Assembly: GCF_026210795.1 (NCBI RefSeq)
Contig: NC_089435.1
Coordinates: forward strand, 2,480,001 to 2,544,000
Direction of reading: 5' to 3'
Length of the DNA stretch: 64,000 nt
Origin: Rhizophagus irregularis
Taxonomy: Eukaryota
Positions 52,129-64,000 of this stretch are shown piece by piece (position 1 is the first letter of the stretch; each line of letters begins with the position of its first letter). The notes beneath the pieces were generated by a model that worked only from the letters and a program-made list of their open reading frames with translations, did not search any database and was not told the origin of the DNA. The position numbers and the translations under genes were made by a program.

Positions 52129-53700
52129 TCTAAAAAAAGAAAAAATAAAAACATTAGTATACGTTAAAGAAATATATAAAAACATAAACATTATCAATTT
52201 CTCACCAAAATCCCACGCGTTTGAAGGGTGAAATGAAGACAAAACCTAAAAAAGAAAGTTTAATAGTTTAGTACCAAAGATGACAAAAAAAACCTATAAA
52301 CAATAAAAAAACCCACCTTAATTTCCACAAAAGAGACATTGAAACATAAAAAGGAAATACCGAACCCTAAAAAAGAAAGATAACACTAAAGGGGTCACCG
52401 AAACCTAAAAAGAAGCCAAATCTACAAAAAAAAAAGAAAATCAAAGTCAATGACGAATACGAAGAAATAAAAAATGAAAAAATGGACGCTCACATCCATT
52501 TTCAAATAGGAATGGCAAAATCTAAAAGAGAAAAATGAACCGTTAAATAGAGTTCATTAAAATAGAGTAATTTATAAAAAAAAATACCCACCAGAATCCC
52601 AATGTTAGAAACTGTTCATTGGCAGTGCAGAGCTGATATAGAAGGTGCAGAATTTTAAGATGATATACAGAAACGGAAAGAATTTGGAGAAAGTAAAGGT
52701 AAAGATGATAGCACTGGCTACGGCACCACCAGCTAATCAACCGGTAAACTTTTCTACACCGTAAACACCTTCTGATTGAGGTTAGCAAATATAGCGGCCA
52801 AGAAAAACAAAAACCGAACAACACCAGTTACTGAAGACAAGGTAGTGGATATGAGAGTGGGAGAGGACACAGACTCGGACTCAGATTTGGAAGGTGATAA
52901 GGCAGAAGCCTCGACCAAAACATCTCTGAAACAAGATAACATTGCACAAAAATAAAGTACGTTACTGTACGTACGATACCAAGCGCATCTGAAGGTTTAA
53001 AAAAGGTGAAAGAGAAATTAACCGAATTGGAGGAGATTTTTTCAACAACCTCCGACGATATGGAATGGGAAGTTATCAAAAAGAACAGGTATCAGAACTT
53101 GGACAAGATGTTTTTGGCTTCTTTTTTTTTACATTAACTTACTTTGTGATGGGAGAGTTCGGATGTGATTGTTCTTTTTTATATATGTTCGTGCAATTGC
53201 ATGGGTACATATTACATTAGTGTTGACCCCTTTGTACTATTTAGATAGAATAATGCTTTGCTGTAGAGTTGCGTAACCTTTCTAATATCTACTCATACAA
53301 AGAATAATAAAAAATGCAGTGCAATTGTTAAAAAAAAAAATTGTGTTTGTTAGAACAAAAATAATTAAAGAAAAAATTGAATACTTACCAAATTCATGTT
53401 TAAGGAGACCGAAAGAACCGCCTACAAAAAAGAAATGTTCAATTAGAACGTTTCTAATGAAAAATACATATCAGATATATAATTTGGGTTAAGCTCACCG
53501 TTTCAAGAGTGTTTCAAGCTCCCAAACTAACTCCCGAACCTACAAAAATAACAAAGGAAATGTTAGTAAACGTTTCCTAAAAAGCAATTTTTTTAAAAAA
53601 AATGACTTTTTAAAAAAGTTTCGAAGTGAATGCTTCGAAACTTACCATTTTGTTTTTCTGAAAGAAGGGAAAGGAAAGGGCGGAAGAAAGGGGAAGAAGG
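52129..53700 (-). repeat. Array of micro-exons separated by canonical-looking introns (continues at 39950-40405 beyond the retrotransposon)
   Basis: Successive GTAAGT/GTGAG donors, TACTAAC/CTAAT branch sites and T-rich...TAG acceptors flank 25-60-nt segments; joining the first exons gives an early stop. Confidence 0.6.
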
Positions 53701-54468
53701 GATAGGAGTAAGGGAGGTGAGGGGATGAAAGAAAAAAAAAATTAAGCTTTGCCAAAAAAAGCTTAATTTTTTTTTTCGGTATACCGCAGCTTCAGCTGCG
53801 GTAATTATTAATTTAATATCACATGATGCACGTGATATATATTTTATATAAATATGAGACTTTTCCCAAAAAAATTTTTTTTTTATAAATAATATTTATG
53901 ATTTATATATGGGCAGACCTATAGCAAAAGGTGGGGCTCGGGCAATCACTTGATTTCGAAAAAATTGCACTTTAATATTATTGGTTAATTAATAAATTAT
54001 AATTTATTCCATCATTTTTAAAGATTTTTAAAATTAATTGTTTGCAAACTAGGGTAAAATAGGTAATACAAGACTATAAGTATCAAAATTTGCAATAAAA
54101 ATTAAGATTTGTAATTTAATATTAAGATTTGTAATTATAAATACAATATAAAAAATTAAGATAAAAAAAGTATGAAAATTTAATTAGATATTAGATAAAT
54201 TGAAAATTTCACAATTAAACTTTTTTTTCATTTTAAAAATCATCATATTATTGCCTCTACAGATAGAATCTATAATTTTTTTTGAAAATAATACATATTT
54301 TTAAAATTAAAAAATAATATTGAATTAAGATGATTTCATATTTCCTTCATATAGCAAATGTAAAGTAGTATCATATAATAGTCACATGTAATATCATTAA
54401 AGTTGCTAAATCAGTTTATTAGTATATAAAAGAATGAAACAAACAATTATTATATTACATAAGTATAT

Positions 54469-57400
54469 TTAAATAACTTTAAAAAAGAAATCATTTCTTA
54501 AATAATGCTTATTTTCCAGATTATGATTATCCTTGCATCTTGAATTACAATCATGTACAAAATGCACTTTCTGAACTTTTTCTATGACCGTTAATGGAAA
54601 AATCTTGCAATAAGTATCATCATGCCGAAGAACAAAAATTGGACATTCCAATCTGTTATGATTTTTGCAGATATCCTCAAACCAATCAACATAAATAAAT
54701 GGGTATAGATATCCATCATTACTTTTGTGTTTGAAAATACCTTTTATAACTGCATAACTTTCACCATAATCAGCCACTTGTATTGTTACTACATCATCTA
54801 TACTCAAATGGCATTGAACCTCAGCATTATGCACATCTTGAATGTAAGATGCATATTCATAAAAATTACAAGTTTTGTTAATGAGTGATGAGTTATATCC
54901 AAAACTTTCATATGCAAGAGCTAAGTCAGTTCTGAACGAAACTGTATCAATTCCAATATTTGTATTGCGAACAGACACTGGCTTTCTTAGCATTATATTT
55001 CGAAAATAACTAGATGGTGAACAAACTATTAAAAATATTAGCAAGTAATGACCATTTTAACTATTTATAATAAATATGTCAATTACCTTTAAATTCTTTA
55101 TTATCTGTCTCTGAACTTTCCATAATAAACCAATCTTTAAACAAATGACTAAAGTCTTGAAATAAATTCATGAATTCAACACTATGCTGTAAGTTTCGAG
55201 GATCAATTCCACCATCTGAAAGATGCCGAATGGCTTGCAAAGTTGTATAATATTTTAATAAATCAAATTCAATATTCTTGCAATTAGTATGCGGAACTTT
55301 ATTTTTAAAGATGCGATGGACCATTTCCTTTGTTCCAACTGCAGTATTTACAAGAGTGCCAAAAGTTCTTACATGCCGTGATAAATGATAACTAGCATGA
55401 AGATTTGGGAGGCCTACAAAGTCATCAAATAACTGCATTTGGTATAATTTAGTTATTAGAATGAAATCAAATGTTTTTTAACACAAGAAAAGTTATTTTT
55501 TGGTTCAAAACCTAATACAACTCTTGAGATTTACAACACAGAGTCACTTCTGCAAGTTGCTAATCTCATTTAAAATTCAATAATATCAATATAATTAATA
55601 TAATTAATGTATATATAAACTGAACTTTACCTCAACCAATGCTTCTCGTTCTTTTTTCAAATATCTTTCAAGTTCAATACGATCATCAATTGTTAAAGAA
55701 ATCTTAAATGTTAATTGAGAGCACTTCGCTACAATTGCCCAGCATTTAATAATTGCATTAATCACTTGATTGCGATTTAGTTTTATTCGTCTCTGTAATT
55801 TGTCCATTTCTTGTTGCTTCAAACAATTAATAGTCAGTGATCTATTTAATATAAATGGCATTACCATTCCTAATCGAATACGATCTGACATCATAAAGCT
55901 TTCAAGATGACTAATAGGATTTGGAAGCTTTGACCATTGTTTGGGATATTCAAATGATTTCCATTCTCTAATAAAATTTCGTTCACCTTCTGGAGATAGC
56001 ATAGTGATCATTAATTTAAGTAGTTTTAATGTCTTGCCAGCTATTATATGGTAAATATCCTGTGGTGACTGCAAGTGACGTTCCCATTGAAGCTGATCAA
56101 AAATTGGCAAACTGGTTTGCAAACCATATTCTTTTGCAATATTATTTCGTTCTTCTAAAGTTAAAGCTGTAAAAATATTTTTGAATTGGATGTTAGTAAT
56201 ATGATGATAATGAGAAATACTAGCAATATCCAATGTAATATCTGTTGCATTTTCTTTTGCAAGGCATGTTCTACATCCTCTTATTGCATTATGTCGTTTT
56301 ACACCTGTTAAATCATTGCCTTGGGGTAGGTCTGCAGTTATACATTCAAGTCCAGCTATGATCCAACAATCTCTTCCTTGGATATTCATCAAAATTCCTT
56401 TTTCCAATTGTTTCATATCTTTAATAAAAGGATGAATGAAATCTTTAAAGCAACCGCCAAAAGGAATAAAGCCCAAGACGAAATGATTACGAAGATGTTT
56501 TCTCATTTCAAATGGCATATTCCCTAACTGAATATATACTCCTCCTAATGAATGATAAGTGTTCCTATACGTTCCAAAATCATCATAATAGATATCAATA
56601 AATATCTTTAAAATTCTGAAATTGTTATATGATGATGGTGGTGAACTTAGAGCAGAATACTCGCATGGATGCATATAATCTAATGTTGCATCCCGTAATT
56701 TCCAATGGCCATTGTTTTTGTATAATATTTCTTTAATAAAAAGACTGTTAGTAATAATAGTTGAATCACGAACAATTGTAATATCAACTTTTTTAATGAT
56801 CTTGTAAGTATTTGCAATAATACTACCCTCTTCCAAATGCTGATCTATCAGCCACAATTGTGATTCACTTGTAATGGAGCGAACGTTACTATGAAAATTG
56901 TTTGGCAATTCATAATAAGTACAAATCCGTTGTATTTTTATTTGAAGTTCATCATTAATGGATACTATTGATCGTATTCGTCCAAATCTTCGTTTGCCAT
57001 TTTCTTTATATATAATAAATTCATTTGGATAATAAATTTCTAAGTACAAAGATATATAAGATGAACAACAATGTTAATAACATTAATAATAGCAATAAAT
57101 CAAGTAAATCAAATATACCTCTATTGATAGTTATTTTTTCTTGGCCAAATAATGGTGATTCAGCCCAGAGGTCTCCATGCCAATATTCCTTTTTTTCTTC
57201 AGCTTCTATACCTGGTCCAAAATACAACTTGTCATATAGTAACGGATTATTTAATATATTCTGAATGATATCACGAATCGATAAATAGTAACAAAGCTTT
57301 GTTCCTTTAGAAGTGGATGGTGTTTTCTTCAGATTTATTTAAATAGAGCGTGTTCTTATTGGCATCAATGGTAACCGATTTCTCCATTGCCGAAACCTTC

Positions 57401-58221
57401 TTATATTTTTTACAACATCTTTTACTTCAAACTTTTAATGTTGTAATATTTCTACTAAATCATTATATGCGTTTGTTGCTATATATTGATATAAATCTTT
57501 ATTAGAATAGACCATTAAATGCATTAGTTATAGAAATAAACTTACATATATTGTGTTTCTGCACCCAACAAAATAACAATGCAGAAGTCAAATTTTCAAA
57601 GTAGGGTGCAAAACTTCCATTTATATTCAACATATGGTCACTATCTATTGATGAATCAACTATTTTTTCTTCATACTTTATTACAAATATAAAAGGATCA
57701 ATTTTATTAAAAAAATACTAACAGTATCAGTGACAATAACTAGAGATGAAAGTTTAATGATTCAGTTTGTAAGAATGGAATTGAACTGATTGAGCTTTAC
57801 ATAACTATAAAATCCTAGTACTCAGTTTTCTAAAGAAGTAAGAAATGAATAAATAAATTTAAAGATTACTACTTACATTATCATTATCATCAATGATATT
57901 ATCACCATCATCATCATCATCATCATAATAAACATTTTCATCATTGTAGTCATCTTCTTCACCATAGTTATCATTCTCTTCTTCAATATGGTTATCATCA
58001 GCTTCCTCATCATAGTTATCAACTTCCTCACCATAGTTATCATCATTTTCTTCACTAATGTAATTATCAGCTTCACTATAGTGATCATTATTTTCTTCAA
58101 TGCTAATGTCATCATCATTATTCTTTTCATTGTGGTAATTATCACTTTCAACCTCCATTTCATCTTGCAATTCAGTTTCACTGCCTTCCTTATTATCTGT
58201 ATTTAGTGCTATAAAAACCAT
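54469..58221 (-). pseudogene. CMC (EnSpm/CACTA/Plavaka-like) DDE transposase gene, multi-exon, with premature stops
   Basis: Acidic first exon; LYFGPG..WHGDLWAESP; IYYDDFGTYRN..SLGGVY; TADLPQGN..GCRTC; QDIYH; PNLH..HL..FGTL..KEMVH. In-frame stops near 57340 and 57436. Confidence 0.75.
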
Positions 58222-58489
58222 TATAAAAACATTAGAATTATAATATTAATTATTAAATTCTGAATAATATCATCAAAATCATAATGTTGGCCAAAATTTG
58301 TTGGCTGTAAATCAGAAATTTAGCCAAATTTGGACACTTACATGAACCAAGATGTCTATGTTTTTGAAGAATATTACGTCCAGAAAAGTTTGTACTTTCA
58401 CGTAAAGAGAATGGCTTAGTTAATGAAAGTCGACTTTTACGCATTTTAATTTTAAAAAAGCATGTAATTATATGAGGTTTTGCTATATA

Positions 58490-61400
58490 TAACTTTAAAT
58501 AGTTAATTCGTGATTCGTGTAACAATCAGAGAAAATCATGTGATTTAATTAGTGTCGATCGGGGATAAGAACATATATCGTTTTATATAATAAACAGAAA
58601 ACTGTTAGAATCTCTCTCGCGTTACCCAATACAACCATGTAAACTTTTTCGCGTTACTTGTTATTACTCTACAAATATGACAAAAGATAAAAATTATGAT
58701 GTTTCCTTAGTTTCTGTGGGAACTATTGATTCAGAATTACACTTCGGACCTTTTCGTATGAATGGTGGATAGTTTGCAATCAAGAAATGGAATTTCTGGT
58801 TCCTATTCGTCTGCATATGAAAGTAGTAACCCATTTAAGTGGACATGACTTTATTTTAACAGTGGTGAAAGGTAATAGGGAACATTTTGAACAGCCAGGG
58901 TACATTTGCACTTGTGAATCTTTTTATACTACTGAGCCGAGTATTTCTAGTTCCAACGCGATATCTACAGTTTATCAACAAATGTTTCATACTAAAACCA
59001 GATTTTCAGGTCCTATGATAATGGGCTTTGACAAGCCAGATATTTGTAAAAAATTATTAGAAGGAGTTTTATTTCGTCCATATTTTGTTAATCTTGAGCT
59101 GGTACGCATTTTTGTATTTGGGATTGCAAGATCTGAAAATGATCAATGGGGATATGCTGGAGTTGGATTTAAATCAAGTTTTTTGTTTTATTTGGCAAAG
59201 GAGCGTTGTTTATTTCTTCAAGAATTTGAAGAAGATGTATGTAAAGTAACAATAATATACAAAATGGAAGTTGAAAAAATATATTGTGCAAGCACACCTA
59301 ATCTTGTATGGGAAAGAATTTTTAGCGAACAAGGAACAAAAGTTGCCAAATTAAAAACATTTACTGGAAGAATGCTATTTGGAATTGAAAACACTATAAC
59401 ACAACGATTAATTCAGACTCTAAAAATTCCTTCTTGTTCATTGAGCGATTGGAATAATGATGTGCTTATGGAAGAAGTTTATTCTTATCATCTCAAGCGA
59501 CGAACTATTAGTAATGTTGATTGGCGCAAGTTTCTAAACAAGTGGAAGGAGCAGGAAACGATAATTGAATTGCATAGTAATCTAAAACAATTATATCCTT
59601 TAGATCATAAATTTAGCGAACGTGAACTAAATGCATGGAGAATAATGCTTCGCAATATAGGATGTCATGATGTAACACCTTTTTCAAAACAGGATTCAAA
59701 GGTAAATATAAATAATAGTTCATCTGTAAAAAAAAAAAAAATTCTAATTATTGTATATAATTATTATAGTATGAATTTTGGACGAGATCATTGAATCATA
59801 ATATTGAAAAAAATGTATTGAAACAGCTATACGAATTTGGCTTTTTGATGTCACAACCAGTAAACTTTTATGACGTATCCAACACATTTTGGAATTGCTT
59901 TCAAGAAAGCCTAACAACCAATAAAAAAGGAGATGATGGAAAACAAAGGATACTGTCTATTATAGCAAATGATTTCAAATATGAAGAACTTCAAAAGCAA
60001 TTATCGGTATGAATTAATAAAGTAGTTGATTTCTAACCTTATAATTGTTTTTCTAAATTATTCTATATTACTAGGTTTCAAATGATTTGATATCAAAGGC
60101 ACGTATACACTGTCATCTTAATGGGCCTGGTGGTTCTTCAATGAAAAAACCTTCTTTTACGCGTGAAAAGCTACCTAGTGAAAAATTGCAAAAATTTGAA
60201 AAATTTATCAATGACAAAGCACATGTAGTTATGAGTTCATATAAAACAGATAGTAAAACTGGTGCACCAATAAAATACCTTCGTGATACCAAACAAGCCC
60301 TCTGGGAAAAATTTCATGCCGAATTTCCTAACGGAATTCATCGTACAACCTTTATGACAAAATTACAAGGAAATGAATATATATATCAAGAAGATCTAGG
60401 CGGACTTTGTTCAACTTGTAGCCGGTATGGATATGAAATATTTGTTGATATTAGAAAGCTTATTGAAAATAAGTTTATAGACAGCGTAAAAAAGGTACTT
60501 AGCTAATAAAATTCTTGTTTTTAAAGATAATTTGCTTAAACATATCATTTATTTTTTTTTTAGAAAGAATTTCTTGATGAATTGGAACAGTTACAACGAT
60601 TTTTGAAGCGAGATTATGAAAAAAATCTGATTGTTAATAATAAAGGAATAACAGAGCATAATCCTTGTATTAGTTATTGTTTACTATGGGCATTTGGAGT
60701 TTGTACAGAACAACATACACATGCATCTCAAGAATGTGCCAAATTATTTACCTTCTTTAATCGTCTTAAAAATCAGCTATCAACAGATTTACACGAAGAT
60801 CTTGATGAATATTAAAACCATTTGTTATATTATCTTGCACATCAAGTCCGTAAAGTTTATTTGAATGCCCAATTTAATGCTAATCTACTGGATTTGGATG
60901 AGAATGGCGCTGTATTAGTAGTTGATTACAAAATGAAAATACTTCCAAAAAGTGCCAGAGAAACAAAAGCAGAATTTTTTGGAAAGAAAGGTTGGACTTT
61001 ACATACAATTCTTATGTATACAAAAAAGTCCGGACATCAAGAACTTGATATTCATGCTTACGATCATTGGTCAATGGATGCGCGTCAGGACTCTTGGTTT
61101 ACAGCTTCATCCCTCCATGCTGTCATTGAATCACTGGAAAATAAGCCAAAGTGGATCACAATTATTTCAGATAATGGTCCTCATTATCATAATGCTGACC
61201 TAATGATGATTTTGGGAAATTGGTTAGAATGGTATCAAATAAATGTAAAGAAATGGATATTCTTAGAGGCAGGTGAAGCAAAAACGACCATTGACAGTCA
61301 TCATGCACAGGTACTAATAAAATAAAATAAAATAAGTGATCTGCCATTTACCTATATAATAAGTGTCGACATTTTAGATTACCCATGCAATCAAACGTCA

Positions 61401-62930
61401 AGTACGTCTTGGATTAGATATAATGGAAGGTGCTGATATTGAAACAGCAATTAGAGATATTTGCGGAACGTCTGTTGCACATTTAGAACCAAATCGAACA
61501 AAAGGTGAGATTAAATCAAACAAAATAATCAAAGAATATTTTATCTTTCTGACTTACTTTAGACCAAAATAAGAGAGCCAAGAATACTCTTCCTGGTAAT
61601 TCTAATTTATTTGAATGGACTTGGCCGGGAGAAGGATCAATGGCGGGTTATATTCTTGGTCGAGAGATTCCTAATGTTGGAGAATGGACAAATTTTTCAC
61701 CGGCACAGATATCTAATTTGCAGAAAAAAAAAATTGAAATTCCAGAACCTACGTCATCAACTCATACGACTCCCAAAAATGAATGGGTGATTGCTATGCC
61801 AAATATTTCAGGTGCGTTACCTCTTCAGCTTTTGTGAATATTATCTATCCCACATTTTGTCTCCGATTTAGGTATTGATCCTAAAAGATTGACAAGAGAA
61901 CGATTATTATTTGAATTGAAAAAATGAAATATCAATGTCATCAACACCGCTAAAAGAGACGGGTTGGTTAAGGAATTAGAACTTGGCTTGGCTAATGAAA
62001 CAGAAATGATACAAGATGGTAAGAAAAGAATTTATAAAAAAAAAAATATTGAAACAAAATGCTAATTACTATTTGTTTGGAAAAAGATATTTCCGAAAAT
62101 CAAGAAAATCAAAATATTATATGGTAAGTATACTTATTCTGAACACGTATTAGTTATTTGCTAATTAGAGATTTACCGTTCAATAGGAATTCTACTTATG
62201 AGTTTCCCTTGGAGTCTGGATGGGCGTTAAAAAGCAAGCAAAAATATGGTAAAAAAGGAGGTGGAAAACGTATATCTAAAAGAGTATGGAAACTTTTAGA
62301 AGAATATTTTTTGGAAGGGGATGTTGATAAAAGTAAAAGATTTACCGCTACTACTATGCTAGAAAATCTCAGAAATAAAGTTGAAGAAAGAGAGTTGGAT
62401 GAAGAAGAAATACCAAAACTACAAACTATTCAAGGCTGGATATCTCGTTATTCAGCACAACATCGCCAAAAAATGGCAGAAATGTCTTTGGTACGTTAGA
62501 AGGGGACCGAGTTCATAATAAAAATAAATAAATTTATAAAGAAATAATAAAATAACATGAAATAATAATATAAAAAACTGTTTGGTAAAAGAATATATAA
62601 AAATATTATAAAAATTGTAAAATCTAAAATTTGCCATTATTGAAATCGCAAGTTCAAGTTAGCTTGGAATCAGCCTTTCCCTCAAACTAAAGTTGTTAGA
62701 AATATTCATCAAAACATCGATAAAGTAGAAATTAGATAATGTTACGTCATGATGATTATAACAATTAATAAATTGGTTGTGTAACTATGCCTAGTGATCC
62801 TTTAATAAATGCGTCAAAAATGCCAATTTTTCATAAAGACTATTTGATCTACAAAAATTTACCCTGATTTAGCATAGTAATTTTCTCCGGTTGTTACACG
62901 AATCACGAATTAATTATGGTTATAATATAG
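58490..62930 (+). mobile_element. Putative inverted-repeat-bounded element carrying the Sola3-like transposase
   Basis: TTAATTCGTGATTCGTGTAACAATCAGAGAAAAT (58503-58536) matches its reverse complement at 62880-62913 with 2 mismatches; exact ends and TSD not resolved. Confidence 0.55.
58677..62499 (+). pseudogene. Sola3-like DDD transposase gene, multi-exon, disrupted
   Basis: Cys/His clusters (LCSTC, HNPC..C..C..H); VVDYKMKILP..RE..FFGKKGWTLH; ISDNGPHYH; EAGEAKTTIDSHH; C-terminal GWALK..LEEYFLEG..IQGWISR. Frameshift near 58755; stops at 60813 and ~61925. Confidence 0.7.
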
Positions 62931-63139
62931 TATATATATTTAGAAAAACTTTTGTTATTTTTGATTCAATAAAGATAAAATATTTGTCTTGATAATTTTT
63001 ACATTTGATAGTAATTTTAAATAAAAAAAAAATTTTTTTTTTTGATTTTATAAAATTATTTCATCGGTAATATTGTAGCGAAACGATCGATCACGTGACC
63101 AAAATTCGGCCTAATCACGAGGTGACGATCAATGTTCGA

Positions 63140-63275
63140 AATGTTGCATATGTTGCATATATGTAACATATCAAATATATGCAACATATCAAATATGTTC
63201 AACATATCAAATATATGCAACATATCAAATATGTTTAATTTATTTAATATATTTAATATATGCAATATGTTAGAT
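63140..63275. repeat. 18-bp (9-bp sub-period) AT-rich minisatellite
   Basis: CATATCAAATATATGCAA and CATATCAAATATGTTCAA alternate. Confidence 0.85.
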
Positions 63276-64000
63276 ATTTTTAGTCTGGTATTTTTACATA
63301 TATATAGACCTGTAATTAGATCTGTAGTTGAATGAAAAATTGAAGTTCAGTAGAAGAGTTTTCTTAATAAAAATGGTTCTAATGATTATATTGAATAAAC
63401 TGTTGCTTGAATTTAACGAAATATAAATTTGTTATCCTTTATTCGTGTTGGGAGTATATGCCGACGTACAGTGCTATACTACACGTCTGATTGAATTGTT
63501 TATTAAGTGTTTATACAAATAGTTTATTTATTGATTATACCCGCCTACCTATATACCTTCTGTTTACCCTTTTCCATTTGTTTACGTTTGTAAACGCTAA
63601 AGAACTGGCTATAACAATATTTTGGGAGTCAGGATCCACGTGAAATCCTTATTTTCCGTAAATAGTAAAGATTCACGTGGATCCTTCCCCACCTCAACGG
63701 ATCTTTGGAATTAAAAAGTTTAAAGAATCCCTAAGGATAGGAAAGAATCCTTAGAGACATTTATTTAATTTTTATTAATAGATTATTTATTGATTTTTAT
63801 TAAAATCTATTTATTAATTTATATATTTAATGTGTATTTATTTATCTCTAATATTATTGTATATATTATGTATTTCTCCAGTTAATAAAAATAAAACAAT
63901 AATTTAATATAAAATACAAAAACAACTAATAAATAAAGTTAAAAAAAAATAATAATTCAAGTTTCACAATGAAACTTATCACTTTTCCTTAATTCTTCTG

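Noticed and set aside
52570..53100. GC-richer plus-strand coding-like stretch
   Set aside because: Broken frames and no recognisable motif; possibly a second captured fragment, but unsupported.
63056..63335. Short ORFs on both strands
   Set aside because: Translations of the 18-bp minisatellite.

Overview
Very AT-rich eukaryotic DNA with short GT-AG spliceosomal introns. The gene families present (BTB-BACK-TLDc, TRP-like channel, Sel1-repeat/kinase, LRR/F-box-like remnant, Argonaute) suggest an arbuscular mycorrhizal fungus such as Rhizophagus; this is an inference. Four host genes look intact: a MYND-finger protein, a 7-exon TRP-like channel, a multi-TM protein with a repetitive tail, and a multipass membrane protein with a GC-AG intron. 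The rest is pseudogenes and mobile DNA: an intact hAT transposon with an 8-bp TSD, several MITE-like elements, decayed CMC/Plavaka-like and Sola3-like transposase genes lying head-to-head, and a complete young 10.8-kb Ty3/Gypsy LTR retrotransposon (1040-bp LTRs, ACGC TSD). The standout is that retrotransposon. A P-loop nucleoside/nucleotide-monophosphate (thymidylate-type) kinase domain is fused in frame right after RNase H, integrase is a separate ORF, and gag-pro is joined by an in-frame UGA-CUA. The element sits inside one of several arrays of apparently non-coding micro-exons whose introns carry hairpin-enclosed branch points; that array has captured an Argonaute PIWI fragment. All assignments come from motif recognition by eye, with no database searches.
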